DNA of 64,000 bases from Meyerozyma guilliermondii. Its lineage: Eukaryota. A program made the translations under genes and the position numbers. The stretch is taken from the NCBI GenBank assembly GCA_051546255.1, contig CP128818.1, positions 496,001-560,000 of the forward strand, written 5' to 3'. The notes under the pieces are model-generated. The model saw only the letters and a list, made by a program, of their open reading frames with translations. It was not told the origin of the DNA and did not search any database. Positions 41,592-51,948 of this stretch are shown here, piece by piece (positions within the stretch are counted from its first letter, which is position 1; every line of letters begins with the position of its first letter).

Positions 41592-44500
41592 TTATATATA
41601 TACTTTCCTATCGACAACCAGCATGACATCGCTGTCATGTGCTATAACTAACATTGTCATATCGCGACGACCCTTCATCAACTCTATTATCAATCCTTTG
41701 TTCGCCGGGTCAAGTTTCGAAGTGCACTCGTCAAATAACATTATTTGAGGTTTGCGAAGAAGCGACCTTGCAATGCAAAGCCGTTGTGCTTGTCCACCAC
41801 TCAAGGAACAACTTGGGTAGACGCTGATGTTCGTTTGTAGCCCTTCTGGAAGACCATTAACAAAGTCTAACAAATTCACTTTTTCGAGAACAGTATCAAT
41901 CTCGTCAGCTGAAAAATTGCCGTTTTCGAGTCCATAGGTTAGGTTTGCGTAAATCGTACCTTCAAACAAGTCAGCATCCTGAGGAATTATTGCAATCTGA
42001 GATCTCCACCACAGAGTCGAAACCAAATTGATATCTGTTCCTCCAACAAATATTGTTCCAGGTCTCACACTGCACAACTTCAAGAGAAGCTTGAACAAGG
42101 TGCTTTTACCCCTTCCTGATTTTCCAACGATGCCCACAACTTCTCCTTTGTTGACATGGAAACTGAGTCCATCAAATATCTGGTACCCCTGGACATACCC
42201 AAAAGTCAAATGTCGAACCTCAATCAAGCTACTCACAGGAAAGTAATTCGGACACTTTGTTCCGCCAGTTTCGAGTGTAGAGCTAGGGAGCTGCAAAAGC
42301 CTTGATATATGTGATCCGACCCGCTGAGCGCGAGCTATCTCGGGAATCTGATGTAAAAGTGTTGCCCCTGTCGTCATGACAAAAGTGAGCATTGTCACAA
42401 CTTGAACAAACTGTCCGGTGGTATATTCGCCCAGTCCAATCAATGTCATTCCGTAGTAGAGTATGGTAGCAGTAGATGCCGAAGCACACAAATCTGTCAA
42501 CGCAAGACCCAATCCAATGTAGACAGCTCTTCTTTTCCCCTCTTGCTCTAACTTCGAAACTCGGTTAAAAGACTTGATTTTAAACATTTCGTTCAAGTCA
42601 AAGCAAATGATGGTCCTAAGATTGGAAATACATTCTTGAGACAATTGTTCGGAATATGTTACCCTGGTCTTGTATCTGTCCTCGGCAACTTCCATTATAC
42701 GAGCATAACCCGAGGTTATTGCAAATAAAATGGGACCAAATGAAATGCCCACTAGGGCCAATTTCCATCCCACGACAATAGCCCATACGACACCAACTAC
42801 CACCATGACTACCAACCCAGTGTATATGGTAAGCCACTGGGATATCAAGCATCGAAGATCACGGGTATCGTTCATGAGAAGCGACGTGAGGTAAGTAGGG
42901 TTGGTTTTGGTGAAAAATTGTACTTCTTGAGAGCAAAGATTCAGGAAAACCGATTGTCGGATTCTGAAAATCCACTGTTCACTGACGTATGCCATCACAA
43001 ATTGAGTAAGATACGTGAAGATTCCAGTTGCCAAAGCCACCACCAAGGCATAGCAAGACCATGTAACGAGCACCTTCTTCTCGGTATGAGGAGTTATCAT
43101 GATGTTCAACATATGTGAAGAGCAAAATGAAAAGATTGGAGTCATAATGCCGGTGAAAATAGAGCCTATTAACCCTGCTGCTATAATGTACCACCGAGGT
43201 AAATATGACCGACAATCGCTTAGTATACGCAAGGCAGATAAGACATTCACGGAGGTTTCATCTTCTTCATCAACGCTTACTTCTTCGACTGAAACCGCGC
43301 TGGAACCATCGACCATTGATTGTCGTTTTTTTCTTTCCTCACCTTTAAACCTCAAGTATTCTTTTTCGTCTCGAATCTCATTCAACCGGCCCTGGAGTAC
43401 AATGCTACCTCTTTCCATCAAGATTACGTTGTCGTCAGACTCAATTTCACGAAGATTGTGGGTGATAATTATGGTCGTCTTTCCTTTCCGCCAGCTTCTT
43501 ATACGGTCCATCATACGTGCTCGGCTAGAACCATCAAGGGAGCCCAATGCTTCATCTAGGATAAGAATAGGAGTGTTTCTGACCCACGCTCGCGCCAAAC
43601 CAATTCGTTGTCGTTGACCTCCAGAAATCGAGTCTGAGGAAATTGGAGCATCTTCACCACCGATTGTAGAGATTAGCTCACCCAACTCTGCAAACTCATA
43701 GGCAGAATCAATGGTAGACTGGGGAAGTTCTTCTCGTCTCGCATAGCAGATATTGTTTTTGAGTGAACCTTCAAATACGATTGAGTCTTGTTGAATCAAG
43801 GTGACATGATCGTTTATCCATTTTCGTGATAACAAGTCCATTGAAATATCTCCAAGACTCACGGTTCCGTCCAATGGGCGCCGAAATCCCATCATCAAGT
43901 CAGCCACGGTCGACTTACCACAACCTGATTGTCCTATGATGAACGAGAAAGTTCCATGCTTTACTTCAAGATTCAAATGTTCGATCGAGTAGGATAAATC
44001 TGGCTGATACTGAAAGGAGACCTCCCGTAGCCTTACCAGGTATTTTGAAATGGATGGATATAATCCCAAGTCTACTTTATGGCCCTGTTCCTTTGTTCCT
44101 GTAACACTGAGAATCCGCAGAATTCCCGCTTTGGCCTCATTGATAGTGCAAATCTGGTCGCTGACTTCAGAGATTTCAGGACCAATCATCATGCATGCGC
44201 TAAAGGCAGTGAACACATTCTGTATGGTCGCAGAGTGATTTTTAATCAAAGTTATCCCATACCAAAAGCCCTCAACACACATCGATAGCCCTATAGTCTT
44301 GATGATTCCGTCGTTCATAGCACTCAAATTTGAAAGACGAGTGAACGAAGCAGCAGAGCTTGCAGTATACATGTGAAACTTATCTGCTTCAGCTTTCTGG
44401 CCATGGAATATGCGTACAATCGAGCTCTTGGCGACAATCCAATTCACCACGTTCGAAGCCATTGACGACCAGTGGTTTTCAGCTTCAACAGCTCTGTACA

Positions 44501-45080
44501 TCAACCGCCAGAAGCAATATCCAATTCCGAAAATCAAAGGAAAAGTGGCACTCATGACAAGAGTGAGAGACCACGAGTATATCATTCCGGTAACGAAAAG
44601 CGAAATAACCGTGGAGACCGACAGAACAAACTGACCCAAAGCCTCTGATAAACCTTCTCGAAACTCCTCCACACATCGATTTACTTGGGTAAGGTCGCCA
44701 ATAACGTTTCCAGATTGGTCCAGCCACAGCAAATCCTTTGAAAGGATCAGATTTGTCACTGCCGTTCTCGCTCTTCTCGCCTGAATCTCCCCGAAAATCA
44801 TACTCATCATAGTCCCAAACCATATAAGAGCTGCTCTAGAAGCGCCTATAACGACGATCATACCACAAGTGAAACCGGTTTTTTGCACAAAAATTTTTGA
44901 GTCGATTCTTCCACGAATAAATGAACCAAGTATATCAAATGCTTGCCCATAAACTATCGATTGTCCAGCAGAGCATGCAGCGGTAGCCAGCATACTGATA
45001 ATTGATAAAATGAGGTACGGCAAGTCTGAGCGCTCTGTGAATGCAAAAAGACTAGCCTTCTCATACCGGTCAATCTCCAT
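41592..45080 (-). CDS. HST6: a-factor pheromone ABC exporter (Ste6 ortholog)
   Basis: TMD-NBD-TMD-NBD with GQSGCGKS/SGGQRQR and GKSGRGKS/LSGGQAQR, plus Ste6-type LLMNDTRDLR. Convergent with UBA1 as in other yeasts. Confidence 0.9.
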   Translation of the reverse strand: MEIDRYEKASLFAFTERSDLPYLILSIISMLATAACSAGQSIVYGQAFDILGSFIRGRIDSKIFVQKTGFTCGMIVVIGASRAALIWFGTMMSMIFGEIQARRARTAVTNLILSKDLLWLDQSGNVIGDLTQVNRCVEEFREGLSEALGQFVLSVSTVISLFVTGMIYSWSLTLVMSATFPLIFGIGYCFWRLMYRAVEAENHWSSMASNVVNWIVAKSSIVRIFHGQKAEADKFHMYTASSAASFTRLSNLSAMNDGIIKTIGLSMCVEGFWYGITLIKNHSATIQNVFTAFSACMMIGPEISEVSDQICTINEAKAGILRILSVTGTKEQGHKVDLGLYPSISKYLVRLREVSFQYQPDLSYSIEHLNLEVKHGTFSFIIGQSGCGKSTVADLMMGFRRPLDGTVSLGDISMDLLSRKWINDHVTLIQQDSIVFEGSLKNNICYARREELPQSTIDSAYEFAELGELISTIGGEDAPISSDSISGGQRQRIGLARAWVRNTPILILDEALGSLDGSSRARMMDRIRSWRKGKTTIIITHNLREIESDDNVILMERGSIVLQGRLNEIRDEKEYLRFKGEERKKRQSMVDGSSAVSVEEVSVDEEDETSVNVLSALRILSDCRSYLPRWYIIAAGLIGSIFTGIMTPIFSFCSSHMLNIMITPHTEKKVLVTWSCYALVVALATGIFTYLTQFVMAYVSEQWIFRIRQSVFLNLCSQEVQFFTKTNPTYLTSLLMNDTRDLRCLISQWLTIYTGLVVMVVVGVVWAIVVGWKLALVGISFGPILFAITSGYARIMEVAEDRYKTRVTYSEQLSQECISNLRTIICFDLNEMFKIKSFNRVSKLEQEGKRRAVYIGLGLALTDLCASASTATILYYGMTLIGLGEYTTGQFVQVVTMLTFVMTTGATLLHQIPEIARAQRVGSHISRLLQLPSSTLETGGTKCPNYFPVSSLIEVRHLTFGYVQGYQIFDGLSFHVNKGEVVGIVGKSGRGKSTLFKLLLKLCSVRPGTIFVGGTDINLVSTLWWRSQIAIIPQDADLFEGTIYANLTYGLENGNFSADEIDTVLEKVNLLDFVNGLPEGLQTNISVYPSCSLSGGQAQRLCIARSLLRKPQIMLFDECTSKLDPANKGLIIELMKGRRDMTMLVIAHDSDVMLVVDRKVYI

Positions 45081-45257
45081 CTTCAAGGTAATCTGTTTCC
45101 GGTATAGATTTTAAAGAACCGAGTTCTATCGAGTTTTTCAGTTCAATTTTTTGCGGTCTCATGGTGAAACTGATCTCTTGCAAGGTTTAAATATAGTGTG
45201 TGGAGTGTTCCCTAGCAGAAAAATATGCAGGTAAAATGTGACATATCTTGAAAATTT

Positions 45258-45278
45258 CCTTTTTGGGCGTTGACAAAG
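45258..45278 (-). promoter_or_regulatory. a-specific gene element (a2 HMG site plus Mcm1 site)
   Basis: On the minus strand CTTTGTC-AACG-CCCAAAAAGG, about 180 nt upstream of HST6. Confidence 0.6.
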
Positions 45279-45289
45279 AAACCCGTTTG

Positions 45290-47335
45290 CTAATAAACCG
45301 GATGGTCCTGAAGTGAATAATCGTAATCGCTCTTATCAAAAAGGTCCTTGCTATCCTTATCGAGCACCCGAAGCTTCTCAGCGCGCTTGCGGCTGCTTGC
45401 AATACGTTCGAGCGGAATTGCAGCAGCCCCATACCCGAGCATGTAGAGTCCATTGAAGAACAATTCCAATCTCTCAAACTGGTCATCTGTAGTAGATAAT
45501 TCACATAGACACCGAAAAGTGAGCTGGAATATTATAGCTTTATGGTCGAAAAGTCCAACCGGCAAATAGTAGTTGTCGCTTTCTAGAAAAGCAGTATCGC
45601 CAGGTCGCACCGGTTTCCGCTTGATGAAAAACGTCGTTCGACAAACATCGTCTACAATGTTTGTGATCATAGCATGTCGTTTGGGAAGATGTAGGAACCC
45701 AGGTGTAGTGAAGATCTTCAAGTATAGGTACTTCATGCTCACTTGCTGGCAATAATCGTACCATGAGTAGTAGCTTACAGGATCGTCAGCTTTATCAACT
45801 GCATACGCAGATTTAGGAAGTGTCACTTTGTCGGGAAGATCATATTCGGGATGTGCACAAGATGTGATTGAGATCTTGAAGTCACTTTTCACCCCAGGCA
45901 TAATTTGAACACATTCTGCATCGTGTATGGCACTCAATAATTTGGAGATCTTGCCAGGAGCAACTTGTCCAAGGGTTCCACTTTGCTTAAAAGTTTCACA
46001 TATCTCGTCCAAATAAAACTCAAAAAGATCGATAGCATTAACAGCGTCTTCGGTGCACCCAAGAAACTCATTGTACTCAGGAATTGGTGGCATGTTGGTG
46101 ATGAGAAATCCAAGCTTCACTAGCGACGCATGATACAACGGATTCACGCTGTAATTGAAAGATCCGGACTCACGAAATGTGTGTAAGGTATCTTGACGTT
46201 TTCTAGGATCTGTGTTCAAAATCACGATCCATTCGTACATGAAAAACCACAGCTTGGCAAGAGTTATACCCGGAGTTAGCTCTCGGTTTGGCTCCAATTC
46301 CGTGAGCTTATTGTATCTGTTCAAAAGCTCTTTCGCTTTGTCCAAATGCTCCTTCCACGAGTTTGTGATATTCTGACTGTCAATCATACCTCCCTCCGCA
46401 AAAAATGTTGAGAGAAGTAGAACCGTGAGAATAAGACCTTCAATTTTCATTCGGGCATCATCGTTGTCTGTATAAGACATTGGCTCAGACTTGACCAATT
46501 CTAGGGACCGTAAAACGAATTTCTTTCGATTCGTATCATGGATTGGCTTCTTGTTCTTTGTAAACGAATAGGTGGCTGCGAGTGCCAAGAGTGAGTATAG
46601 CAAGTGTTTTCTATTGACCGCATGCTGTAAGAAAATGTGTACCGCTTGATTGGTTTCGATGTTTGTAGCGAATGGGTGCAAGTGAAAAGACATATCTGTG
46701 GAAGTGATTTCTTTGAAATAAAACAAATCGGTGCCAGTCAAATTGTTCAGGTTAATGACTTCTGTGATGAGTTCCGAGTTGGAGGAGTAGCTGTTTTGAG
46801 CAATGTTCGAGCTCATATTATTGTTCCAATTCTTAAGGGTCTGGAAATACGACGATTCGTCAAATCCCAAATTGAAGGTGGTGTCGTAAATGCCATTAGT
46901 AGTGGGGTCCAAATTGGAAGGTGAAAGGTCTGGAAGTGTCCAATCTTGAGCCAGAAGTTCGTACTCCGAAAGATCATTGGCAAGGTAATTGGCATACTCA
47001 AGAACACCTTTGACAGCCTCTGATTCTTGTTCGGTGCTTGTATTCAAAAGAGACGGTATTGGTGAAACTTCAGGCTGAGTTTGAATTTGAACTTTTTTGT
47101 GTTTCAGCGACAGCGGTTCAGTTCCTCTTGTTCCATTAGTAACCACCTTGACGTTATCGGGATATCTGCACACAGAATTGAACCGCTGACAACATTGACA
47201 AATCGGATGAGTTTCGTCGCACTTCATTTTGCGCCTCTTGCATTCTATACAGCCGTTCCTGCTGTACTTCCGTTTCTTCACACCACGCCTGTTGTGGATA
47301 TATATGTCGGAAATGGTGCCAAAGTGGCTCATCAT
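45290..47335 (-). CDS. Zn(II)2Cys6 transcription factor, Lys14 family
   Basis: KRKYSRNGCIECKRRKMKCDETHPICQCCQRFNSVCRY closely matches the Lys14-type zinc cluster. Confidence 0.88.
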   Translation of the reverse strand: MMSHFGTISDIYIHNRRGVKKRKYSRNGCIECKRRKMKCDETHPICQCCQRFNSVCRYPDNVKVVTNGTRGTEPLSLKHKKVQIQTQPEVSPIPSLLNTSTEQESEAVKGVLEYANYLANDLSEYELLAQDWTLPDLSPSNLDPTTNGIYDTTFNLGFDESSYFQTLKNWNNNMSSNIAQNSYSSNSELITEVINLNNLTGTDLFYFKEITSTDMSFHLHPFATNIETNQAVHIFLQHAVNRKHLLYSLLALAATYSFTKNKKPIHDTNRKKFVLRSLELVKSEPMSYTDNDDARMKIEGLILTVLLLSTFFAEGGMIDSQNITNSWKEHLDKAKELLNRYNKLTELEPNRELTPGITLAKLWFFMYEWIVILNTDPRKRQDTLHTFRESGSFNYSVNPLYHASLVKLGFLITNMPPIPEYNEFLGCTEDAVNAIDLFEFYLDEICETFKQSGTLGQVAPGKISKLLSAIHDAECVQIMPGVKSDFKISITSCAHPEYDLPDKVTLPKSAYAVDKADDPVSYYSWYDYCQQVSMKYLYLKIFTTPGFLHLPKRHAMITNIVDDVCRTTFFIKRKPVRPGDTAFLESDNYYLPVGLFDHKAIIFQLTFRCLCELSTTDDQFERLELFFNGLYMLGYGAAAIPLERIASSRKRAEKLRVLDKDSKDLFDKSDYDYSLQDHPVY

Positions 47336-47451
47336 CAACTAGGTACGGAGTTTTGAAAGTTTCAAAATACGAATCTGGCAGTAGCCGATGCGGCAGTATG
47401 CAGGTCGTCGTAGTGCCAAACAGTCAGTACCACCAGCTTTTCAAAATCTCC

Positions 47452-48216
47452 CTAGATTGTTATCTGGTGGTCGTATACGACCTCCTGAAGTTCGCGGACC
47501 AGATTTTCAGCGTCGGGAATTTTTTGCACTTCGTAGCGTTGAGGTTCATACAGTCGCCGGTATGTTCCAAATGCCACATTGGAGAGCACAATGGCTCCAA
47601 TTGTGATGGTGGTTAAGAAGACCAACGATTTCCATGTGGTGTGAACAAAGAAACCATTTATGATATCTGCGAAAGTTTCTGCTGCAATTTTTCCGGTGCC
47701 GATATGCGCCGGGTCTCGATTCATGCACTTTTTCCACTTTGTGCACATCAGTTCGAGAGCAGGAATTCTTTTGTTTCCATTCTCCACCGAGCAGCGATTT
47801 CGGGTATATTCTCGCTGACAACGAGCAACCTCTTCCATAAGTTCGATGGTGTAAAGTTCAATTTTGTGCTGAATATCAACGCTTATCACCTTATAGAACC
47901 TCCAAACAAAGTAGAACACAGCCAAAACCACTGCTATGTTAACAGCGAGCTGTAAATACAACGATATAAGGTACGGCGTGGAGGGATCACGTAAAATGGA
48001 GCGTCGATTATATGATTTTTCTTCATGATTGATACGTTTCCAGTAAAATTTGGAGGATTTTTGTTCACTTGCGACGTGTCTGGGGACGGAAGTAGCTACA
48101 GTTTCATTTTCTAGCAGTGAAATCGAGTCTCGTGGTGTTCTTTTGTGCATGGAGAAAGAAGTTGCAACGCATGAGAATCGCGACAAGATATCTGGTGTTG
48201 GGGTGTGATGATGCAT
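47452..48216 (-). CDS. BRR6: Brr6/Brl1-family nuclear envelope protein
   Basis: PYLISLYLQL, CQREY..NRC...RIPALE..C.KW.KCMNRDP and AETFADIINGF, with two TM segments. The start is uncertain. Confidence 0.85.
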   Translation of the reverse strand: MHHHTPTPDILSRFSCVATSFSMHKRTPRDSISLLENETVATSVPRHVASEQKSSKFYWKRINHEEKSYNRRSILRDPSTPYLISLYLQLAVNIAVVLAVFYFVWRFYKVISVDIQHKIELYTIELMEEVARCQREYTRNRCSVENGNKRIPALELMCTKWKKCMNRDPAHIGTGKIAAETFADIINGFFVHTTWKSLVFLTTITIGAIVLSNVAFGTYRRLYEPQRYEVQKIPDAENLVRELQEVVYDHQITI

Positions 48217-48748
48217 CGGAAGAGAAGAAGAGTAGAAGAGAAGGTTGAGAAAAGATCTACAAAATACTAGATAAATATAGCCACTGAATAAAGATCTTTG
48301 CTGGAACAACTTCAGATCATCAAAAGATATTTGCACAAAAAGCTTTAGGTATTTTTCACTTTCTTTCGTTTAGTACTCTATTGTTCAAAAATGTATTTCA
48401 GTTGATTCTCAGCTTCCTGATTTGGGACGTGGTTTGCCTCTGGATATTGGTGTGCAATTGATAGTCGAGCAACAATTGAAAGCTGGGAATGTCTGTTCCA
48501 CCGGTATATCAGCGCGCGGCTCGTGAATTTGCAACCATTCAAAAATACCAGAAAAATATGTTTGAGAGTTTGGAGTTGTTGATCCGTATTCTTTGATGAT
48601 CAAGTAAACACCCAAGAAAGTTTCAATCCGAAGCAACACAAAAAAAAATAGTTAGACTAGAATTTTATCAGTAAATGCTAGTGGACTAAAAGCTCACTAG
48701 ATGCACTCCAGGACCGTGCGAAGTTGCGAAATTCACCAGCTTCGTTTC

Positions 48749-49600
48749 ATGGCAGATGGACTTCGCTCGGTGATCCGGTCGTTCAAGTACGAGGAGTCGA
48801 ACCAACGCAACAAGGTCACCAAGCCTGCAGCCTCCAAAAGATCAAAAATCACAAAATCGTCACCTTATGATGGAATGAAAGATCTTCCACCGTCGCTTGC
48901 TGACGACTTGGAAGTTCTATTTGTAGGCTACAATCCGGGCGTAGAATCTTCAGCCCAACAGCATCATTATGCCCATTTCACAAATCTTTTTTGGAAACTT
49001 TTCAACGATTCAAAGCTTTTTTTGGCGGTTTTAGGTTTGGAAGTTGAAAAGGTTAAAATTGAAGATGAGTTGTTCGGACAACTTATCGAGAAAAAAGAGG
49101 GTACTTACATCACGAAGATTAAAGCAGCGCAAGACTACGAGCTAGCAAAATACAAAATAGGGTTTACTGACTTGGTTCTTCGATGTACCAAAGCAGCAAG
49201 TGAATTAACCATGACTGAAAAATTGCAAAATGTCCCACGATTAATAGACGAATTCAACAAAACAAAGGCTAAAAGAGTGGTTTTCATAGGTAAGGGAATT
49301 TGGGAAATTGTGGTCAAATATTTGAGCAATCAGACGGGAAATAATGTCAAATTGAATAAGTTGAATTTCAAATGGGGACTCCAACAAGACAGCGAATACA
49401 GCGATTACAATCGAATATTACAACAATTTCACAAGTTGGTCCCTGGAACAAAGTTATACGTATTTCCCAATACCTCGGGGTTGGTGGCTAGTATGAAGTA
49501 CCCTGAAAAGTTGCAGTTGTGGATGAAATTGGTGAGTGACATAGATAAAGAACTACTCAATGACAAAAGAACTGAAGAAACTAACTCAATGACTGAATGA
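48749..49600 (+). CDS. G:T/U mismatch-specific DNA glycosylase (TDG/MUG family)
   Basis: LFVGYNPG, HHYAHFTNLFWKL, IGFTDLV and PNTSGL motifs. An alternative in-frame ATG lies at 48701. Confidence 0.9.
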   Translation: MADGLRSVIRSFKYEESNQRNKVTKPAASKRSKITKSSPYDGMKDLPPSLADDLEVLFVGYNPGVESSAQQHHYAHFTNLFWKLFNDSKLFLAVLGLEVEKVKIEDELFGQLIEKKEGTYITKIKAAQDYELAKYKIGFTDLVLRCTKAASELTMTEKLQNVPRLIDEFNKTKAKRVVFIGKGIWEIVVKYLSNQTGNNVKLNKLNFKWGLQQDSEYSDYNRILQQFHKLVPGTKLYVFPNTSGLVASMKYPEKLQLWMKLVSDIDKELLNDKRTEETNSMTE

Positions 49601-49905
49601 TGAACTTCAAAGTGAACTGAATCATGAACTGAATGATGAATGAAAAAAAAAACCAAAACAATGACAAGTGAGCTGAAAAGAACTAACTCAATGACTTAAT
49701 GATGAACTAACTGAATGGAAAGAACCACACTCATAAATGGACTGAATGATGGACCGATATAAACTGAACAGAATGAAAAAAAAAAAGTCATAAAAGAACG
49801 GAACGAAGAAGACTAACTCATAACGAACTGAATGATGAACGGAATGAAAAAGACCAACTCAAATGGACTGAATGAAAGTACTAACTCATTATGTACTGAA
49901 GGAAA
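49559..49905 (+). repeat. Degenerate minisatellite array ACTAACTCA-Nx-ACTGAATGA(TGAAC)
   Basis: Six recognisable copies starting at about 49580, 49682, 49724, 49812, 49853 and 49880. Confidence 0.85.
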
Positions 49906-50107
49906 ACACCACCAAGTGACCGGATCAAACCTCACATAAAAGTGGATTTTAGAGTGAAGAAAATTGTTCATGAGAAAATGAACGCTTCATAATGAATTGT
50001 CTCTATATACATATACTTACATCGGCGCCATGAAATACATGGCTATGAACCACAACAATAGTTCAGACTCTCTCTTCAAAGTTCCCAATCTTGTTCATGG
50101 CGAACTA

Positions 50108-50644
50108 CTAGCGCCATATTTTGGCAAATGCATTTTCCACTCCACTGTTAAACTTTATACTGCTCTCTTCGTCATTTATATGCTCGCCGTATTGGCCGTA
50201 ATTGTCCACAAATAACTTATCCACCACGTATCGTATCTTCTTACACTGCTCTACATCTACACAGTCCTCGTAGAAGAGCTGTTTGAGCGCCCGTGTCTGG
50301 GTTTCAACACATTTTGTGTGGGTTTTGATCTCAGCTTCGCATCGGTTACTCAGTGTCAAATTCCATCCACGAAGACACTCTACCACCTGTTGTTGGATCT
50401 CGGCACAGTTGACCTGGGTGGCACTTTTGAGGGTTTCCCGCCTTTTATATTGATCGAATTCGTGGGAATATGGTTGTTTTTCACGCTGGCGAAGAATAGA
50501 GTTGACTTTGTTCTGTTGGGGAGAAACTTCAAATTTGGATTGTTGCGATGTTTCTGGATTAGCCTGCTCGAAGAACGCTCCTAGATCTTCTGGGAGCTCT
50601 TTGGACACCTGTGTGGAGTCCTTGTCGCTGGAGAACGGCCACAT
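50108..50644 (-). CDS. Uncharacterised twin-CX9C protein (probable mitochondrial IMS)
   Basis: MWPFS N-terminus, with CAEIQQQVVEC and CEAEIKTHTKC. Confidence 0.8.
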   Translation of the reverse strand: MWPFSSDKDSTQVSKELPEDLGAFFEQANPETSQQSKFEVSPQQNKVNSILRQREKQPYSHEFDQYKRRETLKSATQVNCAEIQQQVVECLRGWNLTLSNRCEAEIKTHTKCVETQTRALKQLFYEDCVDVEQCKKIRYVVDKLFVDNYGQYGEHINDEESSIKFNSGVENAFAKIWR

Positions 50645-50866
50645 GGTGAATACGAATATGAAGAAGTTCGCGAAGCTGCGAAATTTGTGAGAAGCTGCGA
50701 AAGCTGCGAAAAGTGGAGGATGAAGGAAAAATGAAGCTACAGTAATTGAAAGTTGTCTGGCTCACATAGACGACATAGACCAATCTAAACACACCTAAAA
50801 CACCTAGAACACCTAGACAACCTAAACGCAACCAGATTTTAATTCCCTTGTATTTTCTCTCATTAT

Positions 50867-51820
50867 TCATTCCAATCTTTCAAGCACTCCCTCAAGCAAG
50901 TTGCCTATTTCAAGCTCAAGACAGTCCAATTCCGCTCTAGCATTTTCGTTGTCTGTACTTTCCGTCTCCATGACCTCTTTTGCAAGTTTTTCTCGGGTAC
51001 TTCCCAACTTTGTAACCACTAGAACTCGAACCCTGGACACGATGGGCACCAACCGCACAAGTAGGGTTTGACTTATCTTTTCAATATGGCCTTCGTAGGT
51101 GTATCCGTCTATCAATGTAGAAAGCCTTTGGTCAAGAATGCGAAAAAAACCAAAGAGTTGTTGCTGAGCTTCTGCCAAATCGTAATGCAGCAAGTAGTCT
51201 TCAAGGCTGCCTAGGAGAGAAACCATATACTCAGGCTGGCCAAATAATTTGCTATGAGTACTCACTGAGCACCAGATAATGTCCACCACAGACTGGGTGT
51301 CGCGTAGGAGGTCTAGCAACGGATATGGTTGAGAAGTATCTGCCTGGCTCTTGACAAAGCGACGCTGTATGGCAAGCAACTGGGCATCGACATAGTTGAT
51401 TAATTTGCTTTGTTGGGCCAATGTTATTGGTGAATGGTCCAATTGGTCCACAGAGGACTGGAGCTTGTATTGGGGATGTTCCGGGGATTTAATTGTATTT
51501 TGGTAGTCATTACTGTCATTGGAACCGTCATTTTTGCCATTGATTTCATTTTTGTTGGTTTTTTCGTAATTAAGAGGGTACTCCGTGCCTTCTTGAGCTC
51601 CAATAAACCCTCCTGGACCCTCATTTGAAGCCATTTTCTCTTCGTTTTCTTCATTATCTTCCTTTACATCTTCTCCATTTTGCTCGTTTTCCTCGTCCAG
51701 CATCTCCAAGTCTGGATTCAAGTCGATATTTTGCATGGTAGACTCCGGGAGTGTCCCCTGCGGTAGCTCCTTGACCTCCTCGTTGGCAGCGGGGTGCTGT
51801 GGTGTTGGCGGAGAGTCCAT
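50867..51820 (-). CDS. TFB6: Tfb6-like TFIIH-associated protein
   Basis: Acidic N-terminus, SKLINYVDAQLLAIQRRFVK, FFRILD and VRLVPIVSRVRV resemble the Tfb6 family. Confidence 0.6.
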   Translation of the reverse strand: MDSPPTPQHPAANEEVKELPQGTLPESTMQNIDLNPDLEMLDEENEQNGEDVKEDNEENEEKMASNEGPGGFIGAQEGTEYPLNYEKTNKNEINGKNDGSNDSNDYQNTIKSPEHPQYKLQSSVDQLDHSPITLAQQSKLINYVDAQLLAIQRRFVKSQADTSQPYPLLDLLRDTQSVVDIIWCSVSTHSKLFGQPEYMVSLLGSLEDYLLHYDLAEAQQQLFGFFRILDQRLSTLIDGYTYEGHIEKISQTLLVRLVPIVSRVRVLVVTKLGSTREKLAKEVMETESTDNENARAELDCLELEIGNLLEGVLERLE

Positions 51821-51948
51821 GATTCCGAAACCAATTTAAAATAAAATCGCAGTGCGAATGCGAACTCGGAGTGATAAGGTATCGTCTGACCAAATACAAC
51901 CCACTGAAAAAGATAACACCACCAAAACTTGAGAAAGCCAGGTTCGTG

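Noticed and set aside
49559..49905. CRISPR-like repeat-spacer array
   Set aside because: Eukaryotic context, degenerate repeats with irregular low-complexity spacers, and no cas genes.
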